DNA from: Pyrinomonadales bacterium | GTDB taxonomy: Bacteria > Acidobacteriota > Blastocatellia > Pyrinomonadales > Pyrinomonadaceae | Reading direction: 5' to 3' | Assembly: GCA_038230715.1 (NCBI GenBank) | Contig: JBBRMS010000009.1 | Location: forward strand, 4,945 to 68,944 | DNA length: 64,000 bases | Translations under genes and position numbers: made by a program | Part shown: one piece after another, positions 28,729 through 37,553 of the stretch | Layout of the letters: the number at the start of each line of letters is the position of its first letter | Position numbering within the stretch: the first letter of the stretch is position 1 | Notes under the pieces: generated by a model | What the model was told of the DNA's origin: nothing | Database searches by the model: none | The model's input: only the letters and a program-made list of their open reading frames with translations

Positions 28729-30309
28729 ATGAATTCTAATAGAGCTTCGTCACGTCGCATTGCGCTCGCATTACTTTGGTTGTTGTTTGCCGCAGTCATC
28801 AGCAGCTCAACCCTTCGAAAGGCGGAAGCGCAAGCGCAGGGCGAATGCCCGGTACGCGTCACCCTGCTGCAGGTCAACGACGTCTATCAGTTCGCGCCGG
28901 TTGATGGCGGCGCGCGCGGTGGCCTGGCGCGGGTGCTGACCCTGCGAAAACAGATCATGGGCGAATCACCCAACACCCTCTTCTTTCTCGCCGGTGACAC
29001 CCTCTCGCCTTCGATCGAATCAAACACTTACAAGGGCAAGCAAATGATCGAAGCCTGGGATGCCAGCGGGCTCGACTATGCCACGTTTGGTAATCATGAA
29101 TTCGATTTCGGACCAGACGTCCTGAGACAGCGAATAAGCGAATCGCATTTCAAATGGCTGGCGGCAAATGTCATAGACAAAAAAACCGGCCAGACATTTG
29201 CCGCTACTCCGGAATTCGTCGTGCGCGAATTCCAGGGAGTGAAAATTGGAATTTTCGGCATCCTGCTTCCCGACACACTGCTAACCTCGCGGCCCGGCCC
29301 CGACGTAGACATTCAGGATCCCTGCGCCACCGCCGCGCGCGTAATGCCCAAAATTCGCGCCGCCGGCGCCCAGGTGATAATCGCGCTCACGCATCTTTCC
29401 ATGGGCGAAGACAAACAACTGGCCCGCTGTTCGGGTGTCGATCTCATCCTCGGCGGGCACGAACATACGCTGCTAGAATCGATGTCCGGCCACGCGCCAA
29501 TTTTCAAAATGACCTCGGACGCGCGTGAGCTGGGCCGCATCGACCTCAACATCTCGAAATCAACCGGGAAGCTTGAAAGCATCGACTGGCAAGTCATCCC
29601 GGTGACCGACAAGGTGAAAGAAGATCCGGCCTTCGCGGCTCTCAATCAAAAATACGGACCATTGCTGAAGAGCCTGGAGCAGACCGTCGGACGCACTGCA
29701 GTTGAGCTCAATTTAAAGAGCGAGGACGTTCGTACCCGCGAAACAAATATGGGCAACTTTATCGCCGACGCTTTCCGCCTCGCAACCGGCTCCGACGTGG
29801 CCCTGGTCAATGGCGGTTCGGTTCGCGCCGACGCGATGATTGAGCCTGGCGTGCTGACCAAACGCGATGTACTTTCAACTCTGCCCTACAACAATCGGGT
29901 GGTGAAAGTGCAACTGACGGGGGCCGTGCTGCGCGAAGCACTCGAACACGGCGTAGCTTCGCTGGGAGTGGAAGCTCAGCCCGGCCGCTTCCCACAAGTC
30001 TCGGGCATTCGCTATGTGTTCGACACCAGCCGTCCACCCGGCAAGCGCATCACCAGCATCACGGTGAACGGCCAGCCGCTGGATGAGCGCAAGACCTATA
30101 CTCTGGCGACGACTTCTTATGTGGCAATCGACGCCGGGGACGGCTACGACATGTTCCGCAAAGGCACCCTCGTGACACCTCCCGAGCAGTCGCCGTCTGA
30201 GACCGATATTCTGCTGAAAGCGATCGGGGCGGTGCCCGCGATCTCGCCAAAGACTGACGGGCGCATCACACGGGTTGATGCAGGTAAGAATAAGAGCTCG
30301 TGTAACTAG
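28729..30309 (+). CDS. Bifunctional metallophosphatase / 5'-nucleotidase (UshA-like), secreted
   Basis: Signal peptide. Motifs are QVNDVYQF, LAGDTLSPS, FGNHEFDFG, LTHLSMGED and GGHEHT, plus a C-terminal 5'-nucleotidase domain. Confidence 0.9.
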   Translation: MNSNRASSRRIALALLWLLFAAVISSSTLRKAEAQAQGECPVRVTLLQVNDVYQFAPVDGGARGGLARVLTLRKQIMGESPNTLFFLAGDTLSPSIESNTYKGKQMIEAWDASGLDYATFGNHEFDFGPDVLRQRISESHFKWLAANVIDKKTGQTFAATPEFVVREFQGVKIGIFGILLPDTLLTSRPGPDVDIQDPCATAARVMPKIRAAGAQVIIALTHLSMGEDKQLARCSGVDLILGGHEHTLLESMSGHAPIFKMTSDARELGRIDLNISKSTGKLESIDWQVIPVTDKVKEDPAFAALNQKYGPLLKSLEQTVGRTAVELNLKSEDVRTRETNMGNFIADAFRLATGSDVALVNGGSVRADAMIEPGVLTKRDVLSTLPYNNRVVKVQLTGAVLREALEHGVASLGVEAQPGRFPQVSGIRYVFDTSRPPGKRITSITVNGQPLDERKTYTLATTSYVAIDAGDGYDMFRKGTLVTPPEQSPSETDILLKAIGAVPAISPKTDGRITRVDAGKNKSSCN

Positions 30310-30490
30310 ATCAAAGGACAACTACACCCCCGGGGGAACCCAAAACTGAAGCAGGGAAATTCACCTAACAGTATGATAGCGGGCGCCGTCGCCACCAATC
30401 CGGTACCAGCCGCCTAAGCGGATGGGATCAAAACTCAAGGCAGAGGGCTCTCAAACCCAACGACATTTAAATGTGAGGGATTAACCAAAC

Positions 30491-31819
30491 ATGATTCGAA
30501 CCACCCGGCTGCTGCTCGTCGTCAGCATTAGTTTTCTTTCGATTAGCATCAATGCTCAGACGCGAGTTGACGCGAATCTGCTTACCGAGATCTTCAAAAT
30601 CAAAGCCATTGACAACCACGCACATCCACTCCGGTACGTGGCGGCGGGCGAGAAGCCAGACGATGAGTTTGACGCGCTGCCGCTCGATGCCATTACCGCA
30701 TTCCCGCTGCCGCCGCGGATTAGTCCGACCAACCAGGAGTTCGTTCGCGCCTGGCACGATCTCTATGGCTATTCGCACAACGACATGAGCGCAGCACACA
30801 TGCGCGAACTTATGAGCGCAAAGCAGCGGGTGCTAACTGAACGCGGCGAATCCTTTCCAGCGTGGATTCTGGATCAGCTCAATATCGAAACGATGTTTGC
30901 TAATCGTGTCGCCATGGGCAGGGGATTAACCGCGCCGCGGTTTCGCTGGGTGGCATTTGATGACGCGCTCATCTTTCCGCTCAACAACGAAGCTGCCAAA
31001 AGATCCAGCCCTGACTATCGTGGTTTTTTTCCAGCTGAAGAGCGTCTCCTCAAACGTTACCTGGGTGATTTGAAAGTCAGCGCCCTGCCGCCTTCGCTTG
31101 ATGCCTATCTGCACATGGTCGTCACGCCGACCCTGGAACGGCAGAAGCGGAACGGCGCGGTGGCGATCAAATTTGAGGCTGCATACTTGCGTAAACTGGA
31201 TTTCGACGATCCTGACGAAGCTAAAGCCCGCCTCACTTATGCTCGTTACGTCAGAGGCGGTGAACCGCCGGCGAATGGTTACAAAGCCCTGCAGGACTTT
31301 CTCTTCTATTACGTCGCGCGCGAAGCGGGCCGTCTGGGCATGGCCGTACACATTCACTGCATTTCCGGCGCCGGCGGTTTCTATCGACAAAGCGGCAGCA
31401 ACCCGCTGTTACTTGAATCGGTCTTCAACGATCAGTCTCTGCGCCGGACCAATTTCGTCGTTGTTCATGGCGGTTATCCGTTCACAAAGGAAATGGCTTC
31501 CTTGATGAGCAAGCCGAATGTCTACGCAGACTTTTCCGCGCAGACTTTCTTTACCTATCCGCGTGAGCTAAGCGAGATCCTGCGTAATTGGCTGGAGTCT
31601 TATCCGGACAAGATTCTCTTTGGCACCGATGCCTTTTCGTTTGGGCCGGAAGTGGATTGGGGCGAGTTGGCGTGGCTCTCAAACAATACAGCGCGCACCG
31701 CTTTGGCGTTGGCCTTGACCGGAATGATGAACGATGGCGAGATTGATCGGGTGCGGGCGATGGAGCTAGCGCGAATGGTGCTCCACGATAACGCGAGCCA
31801 GCTTTACGGTTTCAAGTGA
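30491..31819 (+). CDS. Amidohydrolase-family metal-dependent hydrolase, secreted
   Basis: Signal peptide, AIDNHAHPL metal motif, VHIHC and VVHGGYPF blocks. Confidence 0.75.
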   Translation: MIRTTRLLLVVSISFLSISINAQTRVDANLLTEIFKIKAIDNHAHPLRYVAAGEKPDDEFDALPLDAITAFPLPPRISPTNQEFVRAWHDLYGYSHNDMSAAHMRELMSAKQRVLTERGESFPAWILDQLNIETMFANRVAMGRGLTAPRFRWVAFDDALIFPLNNEAAKRSSPDYRGFFPAEERLLKRYLGDLKVSALPPSLDAYLHMVVTPTLERQKRNGAVAIKFEAAYLRKLDFDDPDEAKARLTYARYVRGGEPPANGYKALQDFLFYYVAREAGRLGMAVHIHCISGAGGFYRQSGSNPLLLESVFNDQSLRRTNFVVVHGGYPFTKEMASLMSKPNVYADFSAQTFFTYPRELSEILRNWLESYPDKILFGTDAFSFGPEVDWGELAWLSNNTARTALALALTGMMNDGEIDRVRAMELARMVLHDNASQLYGFK

Positions 31820-31882
31820 CTGGCCCGATCGACCTGGACACTTCGCTGGTGGCCGACCCGTCGGCGGCATAATAAATTGAGC

Positions 31883-31917
31883 GAGGCAGCCCCTTGGTGA
31901 TCAAGGCTGCCTCACTC
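31883..31917. terminator. Bidirectional hairpin between convergent genes
   Basis: GAGGCAGCCCCTTG-GTGA-TCAAGGCTGCCTC. Confidence 0.6.
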
Positions 31918-31934
31918 GACTTGGTTTCTCAAGA

Positions 31935-32816
31935 CTAATTGGTCTTGTAGAGGTTGTTGTTTTCAACGGTCCAAAGCTTTCCGTTGAGCGTAGTCAGAAT
32001 CTTGGTTGCACCATAGTCGTCACCGAGTTTGGTCTTCGTCCCATCCTTGTCGACCTTCAACAGGTTACCGCTGGTGTCGATCATCCAGATGAAATTGCCG
32101 GTTCCTTCCATTACGGTGATGTTGGCGAAGTCACCGTCTTTGCCGACCTGCGTCCACTTGAGTGTCGCCGGATCGGTCTGATAAAGGGTGCCTTCCTCAA
32201 CCGTCCATAGTTTGCCGCCCATCTCGGTCAAGTGGGTAACGCCCTTAAAACCTCCCTTGTCGATCAGGGTGTCGACGCCACTCTTGTCGGTTTTCCAAAG
32301 CGAGCCATCCGGTTCGACCGAGTAAAGAATCCCGTTGAGAGCGACCATGTCGATCGTGCGGGCCCAGCCGCCGCCTTCGCCCATGCGTTCCCATTTGCCG
32401 CTGGCAGGATCACTCTTGTAGAGAGAATCCCCTTCCACGGTCCAGAGCATGTGGTCCATTCCTTCAATTAATTTCAGGCGGGTGAAGGCCCCTTTGTCAC
32501 CAACCTGGGTGAAGTTGCCGGTAGCGGGATCGGTTTTGTACAGCGACCCGTCGGCCTCGACACTCCAGATAAATCCGTCCATGCCGACCATATCGACGGT
32601 GCCCTTCCAATCACCTTCCTTACCGACCAACTCCCACTTGCCGGTGACCGTTACTTCCGCCGGAGCCGGGGTGCTGCTCGAGGTTGAAGCAGAACTGGTG
32701 CGGGCGGGACTCGCGGCGGGCGATGGCGAGGCAGGTGCTGTGGTTTTGCTGCCGCAAGAACTGACAGCGATCAACAAGCCGATCATCATACTTAAGAGGG
32801 AAACTTTTCTAAGCAT
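31935..32816 (-). CDS. Lipoprotein built of six ~45-aa repeats (putative six-bladed beta-propeller, lectin-like)
   Basis: Lipobox LIAVSSC, a Ser/Pro/Thr linker, then six repeats of the form W..VG..GDW......M.G.(I/L)W(S/T)VE.DGSLYKTDP.(T/S)G. Confidence 0.7.
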   Translation of the reverse strand: MLRKVSLLSMMIGLLIAVSSCGSKTTAPASPSPAASPARTSSASTSSSTPAPAEVTVTGKWELVGKEGDWKGTVDMVGMDGFIWSVEADGSLYKTDPATGNFTQVGDKGAFTRLKLIEGMDHMLWTVEGDSLYKSDPASGKWERMGEGGGWARTIDMVALNGILYSVEPDGSLWKTDKSGVDTLIDKGGFKGVTHLTEMGGKLWTVEEGTLYQTDPATLKWTQVGKDGDFANITVMEGTGNFIWMIDTSGNLLKVDKDGTKTKLGDDYGATKILTTLNGKLWTVENNNLYKTN

Positions 32817-32903
32817 TCGTTTTATTCTCCTTGAAGTTATAGCTGTTAATTGGGACCTGGGTTTCTTTCCTGAACCGCATGTGGATAAAAACCCAGAACA
32901 GAG

Positions 32904-34700
32904 TTATCTGATCTCGACCTCCACTGGCGTCGCATCGTGCGAAACGTAACCCTCCGGCCAGTTGGAGATATTTATGCCATAGAGCCAATCTGACTCGGGT
33001 GTGATTGCAAAACAAATTACCAGGGGCAATCCCCGCGCGGCGCGGAGACGCACTGACCAGGAGTCGATCTTCCAGTCTTGTATTAGAGGGCTCTTCGGAT
33101 CTTCGACCGGAATCAAACGTGAGCCGCAGTCCTTTCCGTCAATGAACAAAGTCACCCGGGTACGAATCCAGTCCGGCTTAGCATCGATCGGCAGTACGGG
33201 CTGGAGATGGGCCCGCACTACGATCTGACCTACTCGATGTCGATCAGATCGACCGGGCACGAGGTATTCAAAGTAGCCGGATCCTCCGCCCCAGATGTAA
33301 CCGTCTCCGCCGCCCAGCTTTTCAAATCTTCCCCGCACAGTCTGGTTCGGACCGAAGCGGTACAGCAGTGTGCCACCGGGGACCAACGTAAGCTGTGGCT
33401 GTGTGGCCGGATCGCTTTCGGCGCGCTCAAAAGCGAGTTGTCGGGGCACCAGATGTTTGCCGGCATCGAGCAGGACCGGCGGCGGCGAGGCGTTTCGAAG
33501 GGACGAAAAAAGATGAGCGGCGCCGGTGACTTCGCCCAGCACTGCGGCATCGCGCGGCGCAGAGTAAGTTACGCCATAGCCCCTCTGCGGATCGGGCGTC
33601 AGGATCCAAAACATTGCTCCGCTGGCACCGGCCCGGACCGAGTTTTCAAAATACGCGCGAAACCAATCAACCTGAGAAACGCCCTTGTAACCGTCAGCCG
33701 ACATCCCGAATTCACCAAGCACCAGCGGCTTTTTGATTGAGAACGCCGCCGCTACCCGATTGTCTATGAACTCGCCCAACGCCCTGGGAGAGTCGACGAA
33801 ACTGTCTGTGTCGTCACGCGGATAATTGTGCACGTCGCAGATATCGATTGCGGGCAGCGCGTGATCAATCAACCACTCATGCCGTTCGGCGGCCGAGCGA
33901 TAGCCCCACTCTCCAGGTGCGATCAGGTGATCGGGATCGAGCGTTTTCAAATAAGAGCTCATCTCGGCCATCCAGGCACGGCGCTCGGCCCAGCGCCCAG
34001 TGAGACACTGTGCTTCGTTCATCAACTCGTAACCAAAGATCGTCGGGTCGTCGAGGTACAGCACGCCGGTAACCGAGTTGCGTCGCGTGGCAATCTTCTC
34101 GAGGTGCTGCCGATAAAGACGGCGGGTAATCTCGTTCGAATAAAACTGCATCGCCTTTTCATTGTTGATGCCGAACGGAAACTTGTCGTCGTCGGCGCCC
34201 GCGACTCCGGCCCAACGCAGGTACTGGGTCACCCCACCCGTGTCTCGCCACCAGTTGGCCAGGCACAATTGCACGCGCAGACCATTGCGAGCCGCTTCCG
34301 CCAACACCTGATCAAGAAAGACAAGTTCGTCTTCGTTCCATTTGTTGGGGGAGGTTCTAAAGGAGTGTGTGCGCGGCCAATCATTCAGGTCGGCAATTGG
34401 CTGCACGTCGTTGGGGCCGCCTTCGCCCGAAGCCCAGACGCGCACCACCTTGATGCCGATTCGCGCGGCCTGTTTGAAGGTCTCAGGCATGCGCGCGCGA
34501 TCATCATCGCGATACATCACGGCCACGTTTGCTCCGACAAATCGAAAAGGCTCCCCGTCGATGACCAGACGCGGGCCATCGGCTTGGACAAACGCACGAC
34601 GAGGCCGGCGCGTGCTGGTGCGCCAGTTGGAAATGGCAAACAAAACTGCCGCGCCCGCTAGCAATGCGAACGCGGCGAAAAACAATTGCTTCCTAAACAT
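32904..34700 (-). CDS. Glycoside hydrolase family 5 (beta-mannanase-like) with C-terminal beta-sandwich region
   Basis: VVRVWASGEG, LANWWRDTGGVTQYLRWAG, the acid/base region FGYELMNEAQC and the nucleophile region PLVLGEFG. The start is taken at MFRKQLFFAAFALLAGAAV (ATG 34700). Confidence 0.8.
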   Translation of the reverse strand: MFRKQLFFAAFALLAGAAVLFAISNWRTSTRRPRRAFVQADGPRLVIDGEPFRFVGANVAVMYRDDDRARMPETFKQAARIGIKVVRVWASGEGGPNDVQPIADLNDWPRTHSFRTSPNKWNEDELVFLDQVLAEAARNGLRVQLCLANWWRDTGGVTQYLRWAGVAGADDDKFPFGINNEKAMQFYSNEITRRLYRQHLEKIATRRNSVTGVLYLDDPTIFGYELMNEAQCLTGRWAERRAWMAEMSSYLKTLDPDHLIAPGEWGYRSAAERHEWLIDHALPAIDICDVHNYPRDDTDSFVDSPRALGEFIDNRVAAAFSIKKPLVLGEFGMSADGYKGVSQVDWFRAYFENSVRAGASGAMFWILTPDPQRGYGVTYSAPRDAAVLGEVTGAAHLFSSLRNASPPPVLLDAGKHLVPRQLAFERAESDPATQPQLTLVPGGTLLYRFGPNQTVRGRFEKLGGGDGYIWGGGSGYFEYLVPGRSDRHRVGQIVVRAHLQPVLPIDAKPDWIRTRVTLFIDGKDCGSRLIPVEDPKSPLIQDWKIDSWSVRLRAARGLPLVICFAITPESDWLYGINISNWPEGYVSHDATPVEVEIR

Positions 34701-34735
34701 GAAAACGGAAGTCCGGAGCTTACGGGCGGCAAAAG

Positions 34736-35083
34736 TCAGCGCGGATTGGTCAATCGCACAAACCCCATGATGGCGCAAATCGCCCCCAGCACCACGAAGA
34801 TGTCAAAGAAAGTCAGGATTGCAAACACGGTTCGCAAATCCTTGATGATCAGACCGAAAGCCAGCAAAAGAAACTGGAGGTGGAACAGCAGCATACAAAC
34901 CGCCGCGAACGAAAACCAACGAGCCGATGCTCCAAAGGCCCGGGCCCGGGCGAAACCCAGCACCGCGGCCACCAACCAAAAGATGGCGCCAAAAACCAGC
35001 GATCCCAAAACCACCGGTACGAAGTAAGACGGCTCGTTGAAAGTGGTTTCGTTCTGGAAGAAAAAAAGCAAAACAAAAGTCAT
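34736..35083 (-). CDS. Hypothetical integral membrane protein (3-4 TM)
   Basis: The hydrophobic segments are evident. No motif recognised. Confidence 0.5.
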   Translation of the reverse strand: MTFVLLFFFQNETTFNEPSYFVPVVLGSLVFGAIFWLVAAVLGFARARAFGASARWFSFAAVCMLLFHLQFLLLAFGLIIKDLRTVFAILTFFDIFVVLGAICAIMGFVRLTNPR

Positions 35084-35321
35084 TAGATGCTCCCGTGAAA
35101 AATCCTGCGGACTCTGGACATCCAGGTCAGGTGCGAAAGTCTAAAACAAAAAACGGCCGTTTGCGCGTGCGAGTGCCGCAGACGCAAACGGCGTCGCTCT
35201 TGAATTGCATGGTCGTCGGATTCTGAGTTTTCCAAACTCATACCGGCGATCAGTGCTTTGGATTTTCTACAGGTCTGTCGCAAGCAATCATCCCGAGTCG
35301 CGCAGCGATACTTGCAGGGTT

Positions 35322-35537
35322 CTATTGGGTGATGTGAATTTCCTCTTCCTTGTTTACGTGCCGTAGGAATAACAGCAGCGCGCAGGCGCAGAAGACGACG
35401 GCCAGCACGAGGGCAATCCAACCGTTCATGTGTCCCCCGGCAGGACTATCGTTGGTTACGAACTTGTAGAACTCACAAATCGCGCCACCCAGCGAAGCCA
35501 CTCCGACAATTGACAGCAGAAAGTCAACCATAATCAA
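35322..35537 (-). CDS. Small hypothetical membrane protein (2 TM, 71 aa)
   Basis: Two hydrophobic helices and a charged tail NKEEEIHITQ. Confidence 0.45.
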   Translation of the reverse strand: MIMVDFLLSIVGVASLGGAICEFYKFVTNDSPAGGHMNGWIALVLAVVFCACALLLFLRHVNKEEEIHITQ

Positions 35538-35752
35538 CCTCCGGCGTTAACCAAGCTCTTCGAATGAAGGTTACAGATAAAGCCACGGGCCGATCCCGCT
35601 ATATTAATGAGTCTTTGTTAGACGGCTGCATGTTAACGCCAGCACTGCGGATAAGGCAAGCCCCTGATCGCGCAAGCTGTGTTCTATTTTAAGAAGGGAG
35701 AGGTCAGTACCGGGAGCGGCAGCGACCTCACTTCCACCCACACCGCAGCCCA

Positions 35753-37108
35753 TCACTGGTCAATCGTCAGCGCCCCGGCCAGATAGACATACTCGCCATC
35801 ACTGGACAGCAACCGAATGCTGTAATCACCGGGCGGCGCGTAGGGATCGATAGTGATCTCGAAACTGACGACTGGATAAGGAGCATCAAACTGCTCCTCA
35901 GTCACGCTCGACTGGTTCACGATAATAAAAGGAGAGGTGCTGGAAATTCCGCTCGCCGGAATTCGATCAACGCCTTCGCCGGCGACATAGATCGTAAAGG
36001 TGCCCCCAGCTGCGACCGGCAGCACGGTGGTCGACAGTTCACCATTCAGGCCAATCAGCCAGGGCTTAACGGACGGCGCGGGACTCGACGACACGAAAAA
36101 ACCAACCGCAGTCGTCGCGTCCGAAGTGACCAGGATTGATCGGACAGGCGAAGGACCGGCACGCAGGACACTCCGGAACGGTGGGATAGTGTCCAGCAGA
36201 CCGGCATAAGATCCGCCGGCGCCGGCAATGTCCGCAGCTGTTACCGGCCCATCGAGACTCTGCCCAACCAAACGATACCGGCCGGGCTCGAGCGACGCGA
36301 TTCGGTATTCCCCTGAAGCCAAACTAACGCTGCCGGCGATCAATCGTCCCGTCAGGGCATCTTCGGCAAAAACATGCCCGCCGAAAACCGGCTTTGACGA
36401 TCCAGCCAGACCCGTCGCAATCAACCTTCCGGAAATCGAGCCAGTCCCGGCCTGTGATCCGTAAAGGGCGCGCGCGCCGGCAATGTCATCTTCTGCCAGG
36501 GTCCGCTGGGTAAAGGCCGGCAGACCATACAATCCGTTTTGCGCCTGGCGCGGCTGCATGGTCGCGCTGATGACGGCAGAATGTTCCAGCCCGATCAGAT
36601 GACCAACTTCGTGGACCAGGGTCGATTCGAGATCGTACGTGCCGGGCGTACCATCGCTCGAAAAGGACTGGTTCGGATTCAGAGCTATGTCGGCTTCGAC
36701 GATCGCGCCACCAGAGTCTGAAAACACCCTCGTGCGTCCGGGGTTTTCACTTGAGCCGAATAAAACAGCGTTATCCCCAGAGACTGTGATCAAGTTAATT
36801 CTATCGCCTGCGTTCGCGGGGCTAACGGTCTGGGCGGTAGATCGGGTTTCGAGGAATTGAATATCAGCGATTCGCGACCAGCTTTCCAAGGCTCGTCGCG
36901 CCGCGCCAATCACGTCGCTGCCGGTTTTGATGTTGGGCTGTGGTGAACTGAGCGAACTTGAGAAGGCGACGATGATTGGTCGGACCAGCCAGCGCCGCGC
37001 AACTATGCCCGAGCTGTCGCGATATTGAAGGGTATACGCACGCCCCGGCACCGCCGCGCTAACGAGCGCGAAGAGGGACAGGATGGCGCTGAGTGCTTTT
37101 CGATTCAT
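35753..37108 (-). CDS. Secreted M10 (matrixin-like) metzincin metalloprotease with C-terminal Ig-like domains
   Basis: Signal peptide, and the zinc motif HEVGHLIGLEHS (HExxHxxGxxH) followed by SATM (Met-turn). Confidence 0.85.
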   Translation of the reverse strand: MNRKALSAILSLFALVSAAVPGRAYTLQYRDSSGIVARRWLVRPIIVAFSSSLSSPQPNIKTGSDVIGAARRALESWSRIADIQFLETRSTAQTVSPANAGDRINLITVSGDNAVLFGSSENPGRTRVFSDSGGAIVEADIALNPNQSFSSDGTPGTYDLESTLVHEVGHLIGLEHSAVISATMQPRQAQNGLYGLPAFTQRTLAEDDIAGARALYGSQAGTGSISGRLIATGLAGSSKPVFGGHVFAEDALTGRLIAGSVSLASGEYRIASLEPGRYRLVGQSLDGPVTAADIAGAGGSYAGLLDTIPPFRSVLRAGPSPVRSILVTSDATTAVGFFVSSSPAPSVKPWLIGLNGELSTTVLPVAAGGTFTIYVAGEGVDRIPASGISSTSPFIIVNQSSVTEEQFDAPYPVVSFEITIDPYAPPGDYSIRLLSSDGEYVYLAGALTIDQ

Positions 37109-37553
37109 CCGGAGAGCCGGTAAAAAACGATGGTTCGCGATTGCCTGGAAACAACAGCGGGGGACGGCACTGCGGGCGCAATCTTATCACGGAGAGGGGC
37201 GGGGCACGGAAGGTTTCTGGGGAACCTGCGGCTCTGCCGCAGCACATGGTGGTAAGTATCGGGCTTACCGGTCAGATGCTCTCGTAAACTCTTCGGGAGG
37301 ATACGCCTCCAAATCCAACATGAGGCACAGCCTCAACTAGTAAGAGGATGCGAGGAACGGAAAGGCAAAAGCCTTTCCGCTATGTGCTCCGGCAAAAGCT
37401 GCCAAAACCCCGCGCAACGGTGGCCCCTGTAATCTCAGGGCGGCCTGTTGTATATTGATCGCCCCGGACAATAGCCGGCGGGTTAACTCAGCCGCTGTTG
37501 GGTACCAGGCAACATCGACACGTCATAGACTTTCTGTAGTGATTATTCCCAAA

